This document shows, in pieces, positions 1 to 25,373 of a stretch of DNA of 64,000 nt. The position numbers were made by a program, and so were the translations under genes. Positions within the stretch are counted from its first letter, which is position 1. The number at the start of each line of letters is the position of its first letter. The DNA comes from Paraspadella gotoi. Taxonomy: Eukaryota; Animalia; Chaetognatha. The stretch covers positions 4,758,225 through 4,822,224 of the forward strand of contig CM119267.1 in NCBI GenBank assembly GCA_051294375.1, given 5' to 3'. The notes under the pieces were generated by a model, which saw only the letters and a program-made list of their open reading frames with translations, did not search any database and had not been told where the DNA came from.

Positions 1-314
1 TACTTAAGAAGGAAAAAAAAAATAATCGTATCATTAAATTGGAATTTCTTTTCGGTTTTGTTTTTAAGTATAAACAAGATTTCAACTCTTGGGGGTTAAC
101 GGACTAGCAAAAAAAAAAAAAGAAGCGTGATTGTTATACATCGAAAATGCCTTTTAAAAAGCGGCGAATAAAGAAAATTTCAAAAAAGGGGGAAAAAAAA
201 AATCGATCATCGACGCGGAACGAAGAGCGATAACGCGATTCTTTTTATTGCATGCGCTACGTGCGTTTGCACGCGGATTTCTTTTTAAAGCCAAGCCCGA
301 TCGCCCTTGATCCG

Positions 315-12567
<12,253 letters not shown>

Positions 12568-13502
12568 TTTCCCGCTTTTTCTTTCTTCACCGACTTTTCC
12601 CGCGGTTTTGCTTTTTGTCCGTTATTTTCGGTCTTTTTTGTTTTTTGTTTTTTTTCGCTCGTAAACTTTTTTTTTGTTTTGAGTCGAAGAGCCGCGCCCC
12701 CTTTTTTTCTTCTTCAACGAGTTCCCTCGCGAAAAACGTCAAAATGTTTGGTGATTTCTAGGAAAAAAGGAGACGACCTTTTAACTCTTGACTACAGGGT
12801 GGTTGAGATGAACTCGAAGCTTATTCGAGTAACGATGTCGTTTGAAATCATATTTTCTGTTCATATTTTCTGACTAACAACGAAAAGAAAGAAAAAAAAA
12901 TATTTGTTTTACATATAATTTCAACGAGAATTATTTTTCTTTATACTAAGATTGAGCGTTTGCACTGTAAGCCTCCTTTCGAGGGCGTTAGCTTTTCGAA
13001 AATTTCCACTCAAGTCTTTGACAAGTTCGACAAAGATTAGAACAATTCGGGGGAAATTCGACACTAGTTTGACAAAAGCAGACCAAAGCTGGCAAAAGCT
13101 GGCAAAAGCTGACCGAAGCTGACACAAAAAATGACGCAAGATGACGAGAGTCCAAAGTCGCTAACCCGACGTTCAAATTTGGTTCCGTCGTTCGCTTTCG
13201 ACGCAGACCACATGTGACTGTGAAGTGTGAGGAAGATCCTTAAGGTCTCACTTCTGAGATTTCTCCTCGTTCTCACAATTCTTCGCAAGTTGAAGTCTCA
13301 CGATTTTCGATCTTTCTGTCTTTATACATGCGTGGGCGAACAAGAGGATCACTTTACAATAATGTAACCAACTCTAATGCTATCCTTTGACGTTGTAACC
13401 GAACGGAAAAACGAATAACTAAAGAAGTTCTAATGAAAAATAACAATAGATCTATGAAAAAGTAAAGAATGAATAACCTTAACATTTGAGGACAGCAGTG
13501 TC

Positions 13503-13575
13503 GCCGAAATAGCTCAGCTGGGAGAGCGTTAGACTGAAGATCTAAAGGTCCCTGGTTCAATCCCGGGTTTCGGCA
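13503..13575 (+). tRNA. trnF-GAA: tRNA-Phe (GAA)
   Basis: Canonical eukaryotic sequence GCCGAAATAGCTCAG...CTGAAGA...GGTTCAATCCCGGGTTTCGGCA with an intact cloverleaf and a downstream T5 terminator. Confidence 0.98.
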
Positions 13576-13640
13576 TTATTATTGCCGAGGGTTGGGTACT
13601 TTTTCGATATGTCATAATGATCTTGGACACTTAAATACAC

Positions 13641-13711
13641 GCATCGGTGGTTCAGTGGTAGAATGCTCGCCTGCCACGCGGGCGGCCCGGGTTCGATTCC
13701 CGGCCGATGCA
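13641..13711 (+). tRNA. trnG-GCC: tRNA-Gly (GCC)
   Basis: GCATCGGTGGTTCAGTGG...CTGCCAC...GGTTCGATTCCCGGCCGATGCA, followed by TTTTT. Confidence 0.98.
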
Positions 13712-14132
13712 CCGTTTTTAATAGGCAATAAGTAATTTATATTAAAGTAAAACTGATGGTGATACTAATGGAGATACTGATAGGTAAGATTTTAATTTTT
13801 AACTCTAGAAATTTTAAGTTTAAGATAAAAAAAATGTAGCGAATGAAACCGCAAAGTCAAACTTGAAGTCGACAGAATGTGAACTAATCTAGCAACTAAA
13901 AAAAAGTAACCTAAAAAAAAAACGTAAATACAGCAGAATAAAAAAGTATCGAACTGAAGAGAGAGTTTTGCTTCTTGGAAACGAAAATAAAAAGGCGATT
14001 CACAATCACAGCTGTGAGTATTCAAAACAAAAACGGATGACGGAGAGAAAATGTAAACGAACAAACGATTTTGAGTTGAGAGCAGGGGCTTTATATAGCG
14101 ATATAAGAATATTTAAGCCTTTTTCATTTCAA

Positions 14133-14183
<51 letters not shown>

Positions 14184-15016
14184 AACGACAAAAAAGTCGC
14201 GAAAAATTGATTTTTTGTTGAATTATTAACGCGAATTCCGTGAATTAGGGCAGGACTTTAGTCAAGGACTCAGGCATTATTGAGAGAGAGGAGAGAGAGA
14301 GAGAGAGAGAGAGCGAGAGCCGAGAGCGAGAGAGAGAGAGTGATTCAGCTTATAAGCTTTTTTTTTTCGCTTTTAATTTTGTCTTTTTTCTTCAATTTTT
14401 CTTTCCGTTTTTTATAAATTCTTTTCTAAAAGACAAAACGATTAATTGGCTCAAAAATGGCGACCTGTCCTTTTGAAGAGACAAAAAGGAAATTTGAAAC
14501 CGCAACACTTTTATTGATTCGAGATAAGAATTAGTGACGCGTCTCGGCGATGCGTCAGTGGGCGTGTGAAAGATACTGGGTTACTTTCACATTTGGAGGG
14601 AGGCCACGGGGAGGAGGGGGAGGAGAATAAAATAAAAAAGATTAAAAAAGATTAAAAAAGATTAAATAGCGAAACAAGTAATTTTACAATTTTCATAAAA
14701 TATAGAAATTTTAAGTTGTGATTTAATCGTACATTATATAAACCAAATAAAATTAGATATAATTTGAAAGTTAATTAATATCCGTGATAATGAAACATTC
14801 AAACGTTAAACAAATAAGAAACGAAAGCTAAACCTGTTGAGCGAACCCCCTCCCGCTGTTTGTTGATTGTTTATGTTTTTATTTTGTTTTTTTCGTTTTA
14901 CGCCGAAAACATTTTTTAAAAAAAACGCACTGGTCGTTTTTCGTCGTCTTTCGTGATTAACGTCGAGTCACGAAAAAAAAAATATGTGAACTTAGTTTGA
15001 ACCGAGAATTTCCGTA

Positions 15017-15052
<36 letters not shown>

Positions 15053-15337
15053 CGATCCTTTTCGATCTTTTCTAAAAAAGAGTAACTAACTGTAGGCTCC
15101 GTTTTTTTAATGCCCAAAAACAGTCAAGGCTCGGGAGCTAGACACGACGACGACGACGACGACGACCTCGACGACACGAACAAGAGACGGACGAAGAAGA
15201 GCAGAAAGAAAGATTTAAATATTTGCTTTAGCCATTCTTATCTTTTAAAAAGACCTCCTCGAATTTGTTTATAGGAAAAAAAAGTCTGGTGAATCGTGGC
15301 ATTCGTTCCCTCTCTCGATATGGAGAGAGAGAAAAAG

Positions 15338-15432
<95 letters not shown>

Positions 15433-16554
15433 GGATAATTTGTGAAAGTTTGAAAAATCGAAAGCAGGTCACGTTACCCGAATCTTGTGAGTTGAATTTA
15501 AAACTTCGTCTGTACAATTTTAAAACAAAAAAAACTTTGAAATACAAATTTTTTTTTTTTTGCATTCAGTAAACCGAGCAAAGTTAAGTCAACAATGTCA
15601 TTTTCAAAAACGTCATTCGTGATGATGAACCCACTTGACAATTGATAAGAAAAAAAATCTTCTCATTTCCTTTATTGTTTTTACTAATTCATAGTCACGT
15701 GTCGAATTAACATCTTTAGTAGAAATTAGTTGACGTAATTCAATTGTTTCAAAAATAATTAAAAAAACCGTAATGTGATCCAAACACTATTGTCATAGTT
15801 CGAAAGATTATTAATCAGTTAAAGAGCAATCATAACAACAACGTCAACAAAAAGAACGACGACGACAACAACGACAATAAGAAGAAGAACAACGACGTCA
15901 ACCACGACAACAACAAAAAGACGTAGCTCACGCAGCCAGAAAAACCATAAACCATGAAACGAACTGATTAATAAAACCGCGCAAACATCCACAGGGCGTC
16001 GCGTGAGATGATTAATCCGGAAAATTCATGAGGTCATAAAAATTTTGGGCAAAGTTCTAACCTTTTTCCTCTTAGTTCGCCCCCCCCCCAAAAAAAAAAG
16101 AGCGAGGAACGATTTTCTGCGCCGCTAGAGGCGCTTTAATGACGGAGAGTCGTGAGAAAGCGGCGTCACACGGCGAACAGAACTCTTTTTAGGGTATTTG
16201 TGATTAAGTTGTTAATTAAATTGTTTTTCAACTATACAACCGGCAAACTGTGAAGTTATTAGTACCACTTTTAGTGGTTTTAACAATTAACAAAGTGTCG
16301 TCAGTCATTTTGCGTTTTACACCTGCGTACTTGAACGGAAGTTGACGTTTACCCTAACACGAGGTTATTCTCCCTTCTAGAATAATTTAAATGTCATGTA
16401 AGTATTATTTTTGAAACCAATTACTCATCATAAATTAGTAGTGTTTGGAAAAAATATAAAACATGTAGCAACCCATAGTGGACGTGGCATTGCTAACCAT
16501 TGTTTGATATCATACTTCATTACCCCGGGGTCACATCGTTGAATCTGTCCTTCA

Positions 16555-16631
<77 letters not shown>

Positions 16632-18170
16632 TCTCTCTCTCTTTATCTCTCTCTCTCATACTTCATCATCATTCTTCCTTGTTCGACATCATTGCACCGT
16701 AAGCCAATTTCAAATCACTGAAGTCTATCCAACCTTTTCTGATTATTTTCAATGATTTTCTTTTCTCTGATGGATTTCTTTTCGCTCGCGTAATTTCTCT
16801 TATCGTCTCATCATTTTTTTCGTTCGGTTCCGATCGCTCACCCATCCTTATCCAATTCCTTACCTTCGCAGCAGATTTCTGTTATTCTCTTTCGATTATC
16901 GGCGCAACTTAGTATTTGACCCTTTTCCGCTAACAAAGTTTCAGCGCCGCTGTCGCAGCCACTGCCGCTGCCGCTGCCGCTACAGACTCCTCAGCACCGG
17001 CATCATCTCCCCTTCGATTCTCGCAAAGTTCCTATCGATTTCCCCGAAGGCGAGTCCCTAGTTATGGATCACGTGGTCACGACCCTTGACCACTTCCGGA
17101 GGCGTGACATCCAGGGCGTGACCTTTTTGTCACGACCTCAACCCTGACCCCTCAAACTTCTCAGTGACATGACGTCGGCTGTAAGTCCACTCGTCCGTCA
17201 CTTATCGGTGGACGCCGCGTCAAATCTCTTTCCAACGCCGCTTCGCGCGTAGTAGGCCTTTCCTTCGTCTTTCTTCGCCAATCCTCTGCAATCTCTTTTC
17301 CCTCCTTCATATTTAGTCGCGTCATTTACATCATTATGTCATTGCTACTTTGATGCCATACTAATCACATTTACAACCAATATAAAATTATCCATTCATT
17401 TAATAAATTTTGCCTCTGACTTTGGACAGGCTATGAAATTTTAAGGCCTCCATCACTCTTACAAGATAACATAGCAGGTCCCTGCAAGCTTTCAATCAAG
17501 ACTCTCTCACAGTCCAGTTAATTCACTCCCAGAGTACCTGGCTTCCCTATCAATGACGTGACAAATTTCAAAGTATGAGCATGTTTCAATTGTCATTTTT
17601 ACTTTGGTGCATGGCGTTCCCAATTTTCCACTTTTCCCAAATCCCTCACTCAAAAACTTTTCTCACGACCTTTGTCATTTTCTGCTCCTCTCTACGTCAA
17701 AGGCTTTCGCTCCAGCAACCCTCTGCTCCTCTAATTTCCTCTGCTCCTCTAATAATTCCCTTTTCCTCGATGCCAGCCCCAAAGATCACTCCCCCCTTCC
17801 TCCTCCTCCTCATCTTACCACCTCCCTACCCCCCCAGCCCCCCCTTAAGCATTTCCGAGAAATGATTTCTCCGTCGATGACGTCGTTTTCGTTCGACTTC
17901 CGGTTATGAGTCTCGTTTTCTCCGCCGACCGAGATTCAGTTGGACGCCACGAGAGGCGCCAGGTGCTAGCGCCGAGATTGGCGCCGCGGGGGAATGGCGA
18001 GAATGTGGGCGTGGCGGCTAAAATGTGGTCGTGGCTGAGGAAATGAAGGCTGATCTAAGGATTTTGATAAATAGTCGGTCGAGGTCGGAAGGTGTCAGTA
18101 CGATTGAGAATAGCGAGAAGAAGAACTTTGATGAACTGTGGCAACGCTTCTCTCTCTCTTCTCTCCTCTC

Positions 18171-18238
<68 letters not shown>

Positions 18239-18602
18239 CCCTTTCACTCTGACGAGAGAGCACTTACTAAGTAAGATCGTCATTTTTTTGTTTTTGAGTT
18301 TATTTATAAAGCGTAAATTTAAAAAGCCTGATGCTCTTACGTAGAGAGACACTTTTAACCAAAAAAAAAAAGAAAAAAAAAGAAAAAAAATTGAACTTTT
18401 ATCAAGAATTAAAGAAAAAATAATCTAATTTTTGATTTTCAATGATATATATATCTTTTTTTCCCATAGCGCGTCGCCGGGCAATCTTCAAAAAACCAGT
18501 TCTCTTTCTTCGTCTTTTGATTAACGAAAGGCCAATGCCCTTGTTCCCCGTGGTTAGGGTCAATGACAAGAGGTCACCGGAGAAAATGGAGAGAGAGAAG
18601 AA

Positions 18603-18665
<63 letters not shown>

Positions 18666-18933
18666 AGAGAGAGAGAGAGAGAGAGTGATCTTTGATGAGA
18701 AATCGTCGAGCGTGGTGTCCTTTTGAAATAGAGGCCTCTTGCGGTCAGAGACTTTAATCCTTTCTCTTGTTTATTTGTTTCTATATAATATATATTACAT
18801 ATTATATATTAAGGAAGTGTTCCAGTAAGTGAAACAGTTAAAAAATGTTTATCTCTTCATTGATAGGAAGGGCAAGCAATCTGGGAGTTAATAAATTAGA
18901 CTGTGAGCGACTCTTGATTAAAGGTTTGCAGGG

Positions 18934-19544
18934 TAAGGCGTAGTGAAAGTTACATACGAAAATTCTAAATGTCAATTATGAACAACATACCATCAGTGAA
19001 TATTAATATGTAAAAAAATTAATTTTATGTGTTTTAATTTTCGCAGTAGGCTATATTTATATATAGTACTATTCTTATAAAATCGAAAAATTTCAAAATA
19101 TGCTTTTCTTAATTTTGATTGCAGATTTGAATTCCTCGTCAAAAGTTGATAAAAGAAAATATAAATCATTTTTAAAAATTCTTTCATTAAGTGGGTTAAA
19201 AATTAAAAAAACTACATTTAATATATAAAAAATTAATTTTCAGCTTAAAATATAGCTTTTTCTAATTTTTGACCCACTTAATGAAGGAATTTTTCAAAAA
19301 GAGTTATATTTCTTTATATCAACTTTTTATGACGAATCCAAATCTGCAAAAATTTTTTAGAAAAAACTGTTTTGAAATTTTAATATTTATTGGATTAGTA
19401 CTAGTATAAATATGGCCTACTGCGTAAGTTGTAAAATTTATTATAAATTTTTTTATTACATAAATGTTTATTAGTATAATGTTGTTCATTCCTCACTTTT
19501 AGAATTTTAATTAAAGTTAAATTTAGAAATTTTACTACGCCTTA
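18934..19544 (+). mobile_element. ~610-bp foldback MITE, 8-bp TSD TTGCAGGG (hAT-like)
   Basis: Termini TAAGGCGTAGT / ACTACGCCTTA; the two halves are long imperfect inverted repeats; TSD at 18926-18933 and 19545-19552. Confidence 0.9.
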
Positions 19545-20165
19545 TTGCAGGGTCTCGCCATGAAATTCGTACATCAATTCAATTAATAAATAATGTTATT
19601 ATCTTCTTTGAGGGATGGATGCCTTCACCCACTAGCTTGTTTATTGCATGAATAAATAATAATATTATTTTATAATTTTATAATATTATTAATATTGGTT
19701 CTACCAATTTCATACCTAAACATCTTCTGCCATGACCAGTTGACCACTGTGCAAAATGTGCATTGTGCACTAGGTAATGTGTACTACGTAAATTCAGAAT
19801 TCAAGTCGCAAGAGAATCTCGAAGAATAATGATCATTTTCTAGCGACAGAAAAGAACAATCGTAAACATTTCACTTCCCCCCCTTCTCGCTTCGCCGATT
19901 CCCAGTAACCATGGAAACGGAGCTTCATTAAGAAAAACATTGTTTTCTAATCGTGTTTACTTTTCCGTTAACGACTGACTTCGTTTCGCCGCAAAAGAAA
20001 ATGTCGACGTCTGCATAATTTATCTCAGGCGAGTCGTTAAGTTTCCTCCGGCCGGCGTGAGTCGGAGGCGATAATTGAAATCCGGGGGTCGGATAATTAT
20101 CATCAAATTGCTCAACCATTGTTGCCTATTTGCTCTGTCTGTCTGTTTCTCATCAAGTCCTCTCT

Positions 20166-20247
<82 letters not shown>

Positions 20248-20330
20248 TCTCTCTTCCTCTCTCTCTCCCCCACTCTCCCCCATTACTCTCATTCGGAATC
20301 TCGTCTCTTCTCCGATTCTCATTTATTTCC

Positions 20331-20690
20331 GCGCGACGCCGCACAAGTACCGTCACGCCGTACCAAGCACCGCGACGCCGCACCAAACACGCGACGCCGT
20401 ACCAAGCACTAGTCACGCCGTACCAAGCACCGCGACGTCGGACCAAGCACCGCAACGCCGCCACACAAACACCGCGACGCCGTTACCAAGCACCGCGAGG
20501 CCGTACCAAGCACCGTCACCCGGTATCAAGCAACCGCGACGCCGCACCTATCACGTCACGCCGTACCAAGCACCGTCACGCCGCACCAACACCGCCGAGC
20601 GTACCAAGCACCGCGACGCCGTACCAAGCACGTCACGGCCGTACCAAGCAGCGCGTCGTCCCGGCCAAGCAGTATCCAGCGCGGCATAAG
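20331..20690. repeat. GC-rich ~20-bp minisatellite (GCCGTACCAAGCACCGCGAC)
   Basis: Tandem degenerate units directly visible. Confidence 0.9.
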
Positions 20691-20864
20691 AAGCGATAAT
20701 TAATCCGCCTTGCGACATTTCTGGTCCCAAACGGCGACGGAGATCTCGTCAACGGAGATAACGCCTCAAAGCGGCGCCACGAGCCGGCGGCGCCTATACC
20801 CTCCCCCTTCTTCCCCCTTTCTCTAATTCGGCGTCTTCCCCGTTCCGGTCGCCGTTCACGAAGC

Positions 20865-20936
<72 letters not shown>
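20865..20936. repeat. (CCG)24 trinucleotide microsatellite
   Basis: Pure CCG run. Confidence 0.95.
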
Positions 20937-20938
<2 letters not shown>

Positions 20939-21241
20939 TTCGGCCTGCGATGAAGAAACGTGGCCGATTCGCGATGCCCGACGCCGTTCGGGTTTTTGGC
21001 GGGAAATAGGCGCCGTTATTCGGTGGATGAGAAGACGAAGGCGGAAATTTGCTGACGCGATTGTACGTAGGTACGTACAAGACGACGACGACGATGACGA
21101 TAACGACGACGACAACGGAAGCGGCTGTCAAGACTAACATTTTGTTCCTGAGGAAAAAAAAACAACTTTATGTACCACGGTCATTCAGTACAAAAGACGA
21201 TGGTTGTCAAAATTAACGGGATTTACGAAGACGGTGGTGTT

Positions 21242-21273
<32 letters not shown>

Positions 21274-21770
21274 TGTTAACGACGACAAAAAAGAAAGATT
21301 TTGTCTTTGTCTCTTCATAGCCACTAATGATGATACAAAAATATAAGTCGACATATTTAGAAAAGAAAAAAAAACTTTTGTTTTCTCTCTTGCACGCTGC
21401 ATAGTAAATAATGCACTCGCACATATACTCAATACTGAAAATTAATGCTAAATCTACTTAACTGTAATGCCGTAACAAAAGAGACATTATGTATCGACGT
21501 TAACGCCGACAAAATAAGCGGGAACCTACGTTGCAATAAAAAAAAGAGAGACGATTGCTTAGTCGACGACTACGACTCCCGAGAGACGGTCCGAAAGAAA
21601 GACATTGTTTTGCAGAAGCCCCGGTCGGAGCGCTTGTCTTTTCGAGGTCACGGGTTCAATTCCATCTCAATACATTACGAGAGAGTTCATCGGAAAACGG
21701 GGAAGAGTCGCCGAAGTCGTCGGGACTACATTAAACCTACAATGAACGGAGAAAAATCAAAGAAAGAGTC

Positions 21771-22210
21771 GAGTGAAAATTGGGTCGAGTGACTATTGGG
21801 TAGATTGACTATTGGTCAAGTGACTATTGGGTCCAATGACTATTGAGTTTATTGACTATTGGGTCGATTGACTATTGGTCAAGTGACTATTGTGTCGAGT
21901 GACTATTTTGAGTCGAGTGACTATTTTGGGTCGAGTGACTATTGGTTCTAGTAACTATATTGGGTTGAGTGAAAATTTTTGGTTGAGTGACTATTGAGTC
22001 GAGTGACTATTGGGTTGAGTGACTATTGGGTTGAGTGACTGTTGGGTTGAATGATTATTGGGTCAAGTGACTATTGGGTCAAGTGATTATCAGGTTTGGT
22101 GACTATTGTGTCAAGTGACAATTGTGTCAAGTGACTTTTGTTTCAAGTGACTATTGTGTCAAGTGACTATTGGGCCGAGTAACTATCAGGTTGAGTGACT
22201 AATTGACTAT
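21771..22210. repeat. ~16-bp minisatellite (GAGTGACTATTGGGTC)
   Basis: Over 20 tandem degenerate units. Confidence 0.92.
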
Positions 22211-23653
22211 AGGGTCAATCAAGCGGGTTGGGAGCCGGAGGGCGGAACGGATTCTGTCTGCGAGGAAACGGATTGGAGGTTCGATGATTAATGATGAAGA
22301 AAGAGGAGAAAAGATATTGGGGTGTGACTAGTGATTAATAAGGTGGACTGTGTGTGAATGGTGATTGGAATGGGGTTCTGTGACTGATTGACAAGGGATT
22401 CCGTGGGTGAATTAGTGGGTGAAAAAGTGAACAGTGAGTAAATGGTGATTTAAAAGGGGTTCAGTGACAGACTGATGACTGTCAATAAAAAAAAGGAGAC
22501 AGTGACTGAAGGGGTGATTAATAAACAGTTTAGTGAAGGACGGGCTGACTATTGTTTTATAAGGGGTCAATGAGTGACTGGTAATAAATAAATGGTCAGT
22601 GGGTGACGAAAAACACAACAAAATTCCTCTGTTTCTTCATCGACCCGTTTTTCTTCTGCTCATCGAGACTGAGTCATTGGCGAACTGCAATAACGACGAT
22701 GGCGACGACGAAAACGACGACGACAGAGAGGGAGACGTCCTCACAAAGATCAAGCCGATGGCACAGCAACAACAACGACAACGACAACCGGAAGGGAAAA
22801 CGGCTCAGCTAACGACGACGACGACGACGGGGACGACGACCGCCAATAAGAGGATCGTCATGGCTGAGCAGGTGAATGGTCGTTTTGCGCTTTAGAGAAA
22901 AGAGGGAACGAGGAAAGAGCGCGTAACGACATTCGGAATTGTGTGGAATTCTGAATGCGGAATTTAGGAATTCTGAATACGGAATTGTGTGGAATTCTAA
23001 ATGCGGAATTGTGGCGGGAGATTCAGAAAATTGCGCGGGAATAGAAAGATGCTTAGGTTTGCTGGAGCAAGTGGGACGTCAGCCTTTTGGCATTTTATTA
23101 ATTTCTTCTTCTTTCTCTCTTTTTCTCTTTTTTTTTATTTTCCTCTATTCTCTGTTTTTCTATATTAATCTCTTTCCTTCTTTATCCTACCATAATGCCT
23201 ACCTAAGGAACCAGACTGTGAGAGTATCTTGAGTGAGATCTAGCAGGGTACTGCTGTGTTACAAGAAGGATGGAAGCCTTAACCAAATATAGCATGTACA
23301 ATGTCCACTGTTCAAAGTGAGGGTCAAGATAGCTTATTTATTGAACAAATTGATAATTTCATATTTGTTGTACCAATTTCATGTTGAAAAAAGTGGTTGC
23401 TATGATGATTTAAGTTCAATTGTTTACGATTTCTACCAAAGTTAGAGAAGGTAATTTCCAAGATCTCTCGCTTCCCAACAAAAAAAGGGTTGGAACTTGA
23501 AGGAAAGAAAACGGATTTTTCTTCTTCTGAATTTCGACGTTTATTGTTTTTTCTTTCATCCGAAAGAAAAAAACAGAAAATTGAGTTTTTCGAGAAAAAA
23601 AACTTTTTTTCCTGAAGATGCTTTTTTTTTCGTATGTCATTCCTGTATAATAC

Positions 23654-23836
23654 TCTGGGAGTGAATAAACGAGACTGTAAGAGAGTCTTGATTGAAAGCT
23701 TGCAGGGACTTGCTATGTCATTATCTTGTAAGAGTGATGGAGGCCTTAAACCACCAAAGCCTGTCCAAAGTCAGGGACAAGATAGGTTATTTATTAAATG
23801 AATGGATAATTTTTATATTGGTTGTACCAATTTCAT
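23654..23836 (+). repeat. ~190-bp dispersed repeat family (representative copy)
   Basis: Core CTGGGAGTGAATAA..ACTGTGAGAGAGTCTTGATTGAAAGCTTGCAGGGAC..TTGGTTGTACCAATTTCAT recurs at ~5200, 17370-17550(-), 18880 (split by MITE), 23205-23385, 35065(-), 36577-37000(-), 42940(-) and 63330. Confidence 0.85.
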
Positions 23837-24558
23837 ACATTGTACAGAGGTTATTGAGAAAAAACATAACAGTTAAAAAAACTCCCCTTAAATTGTGGGC
23901 CTTATTTATTATTAAAGATCAGGTTAAAGTTTTGGGTTATGGATTAGGAACTAGTGTTTAAGACTGGGGACTTGGGTTAGGGATTAGGTCAGGATTAGGG
24001 ATTAAGGTTTGGGATTAAAGTTAAAGATTGAGTTTGTTAATAGCTTAGGATTAAATATCAAATTTAAAAATATTCATTAAGAAACAAAAAATGAACTCAT
24101 TGGGAAAAGAGAGCGAAATTGTGCCTCGCCGAAAAGGTAAGTTTTGAAGTTCACCGAGTGCAGATTTATGAAAACCTTGAATGAAAAACCAGAATCGTTT
24201 AGACGAGATTTGGGACAAAAATTGGGTTTTAACCAATAAACCTAACAACCAAAGAAACCTAAAGACCCAAATACAAAATATGTGAACTTATTAACCCACC
24301 CGTCGTCTCTGTACTCTAAAAGAATTATTGATGAACAAATTAATTGGTGTTTTCTTTTATTCTATTCTTAAGGGGACCAAGTGACCAGGGGCGGTAAAAA
24401 GCTGAAAGCATAACGTTTGATCCTTTAAATTAAGCTGGTTCTGACCATATCATTCTTTCTTCTGTAATCAGCTAGCCTAATTTTCTTTAAAAAATTGGTA
24501 AGAAGAAAATCCTTTTCAAGTTTAAATTATTTTTTTTTAATTGTACTGAGAATAAATA

Positions 24559-25373
24559 CAGTATGTCCCAATGGTACTGTCTGTTAAGAAAAGCTTACTG
24601 CTCCTATACCAGATCGAAAAACTTTAATTCATTATAATGAATATGCGCACAAATATAACCATTTTATAGGATACCTAAATTTAAAAAATGAACAAAGCAA
24701 ACTCCTGTAGTTATTACATAAAGCAATTGATAAACATTTTTTTTAGGGATTTTTAAAAAAATATTCTTAAATTATACATTTTTTAATATTTATCAAATAT
24801 TTTTTATAATATTAATAAAATAATGTTTTAAATCTTTTCTTTAGATGCAGGACAGTAAGAAACTACCACATATTTTTAGCTCCAGAGCTTTTATAATGCA
24901 GTAATCATTATTTTTAAACTTATCTACTTACCTTGTTCATATTACTTTTTGAATTGATTTAATAATAAATTATTGAATAAATAGCAACCATTTTGTTCTG
25001 ACTTAATATTCAATTTCAAATAATAAAATTTAAATATCAAATTAATTGGCATATTTTTATCAATTTTTACATTTTTTTAATATTTGTTTATTTCTTTTAA
25101 ATTTAAATTAAAATTTAAATAATTTATATCTATTTAAAATATTTTTTATGAAATTTTTTTAATAAAATTTATTTTAAAATTAAAAAAGTGAGAAATAAGG
25201 ACTCATTTAAATTGAATGTTTTGTGAAGAAAAATTAATAAAAATTGAATTCAAAATATAGTATCATAAACGGTAAGAACTTATTTTTGACATTGTTATCT
25301 GAGAAATAACATTTAATAACACAGTTCCGCACAATATGTAAAAGTTAACCGACAGTACCATTGGGACACACTG
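24559..25373. mobile_element. Non-autonomous Tc1/mariner-type DNA element (815 bp)
   Basis: 29-bp TIRs CAGT(A/G)TGTCCCAATGGTACTGTC(T/G)GTTAA (27/29 match), flanked by TA on both sides; AT-rich non-coding interior. Confidence 0.88.

Noticed and set aside
20075-21140. 204-, 189- and 160-aa ORFs with repeats and poly-Gly/Arg
   Set aside because: Produced by a 20-bp GC-rich minisatellite and (CCG)n, which are open in several frames; no splice or domain support
21771-22210. Regular repeat array considered as CRISPR
   Set aside because: Units are contiguous with no unique spacers, there are no cas genes, and the context is eukaryotic
22599-22895. Possible + strand exon (acidic, Q/T-rich, ending CAG|GTGAAT)
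   Set aside because: Low-complexity (GAC/CAA)n content with no linked exons or recognisable domain
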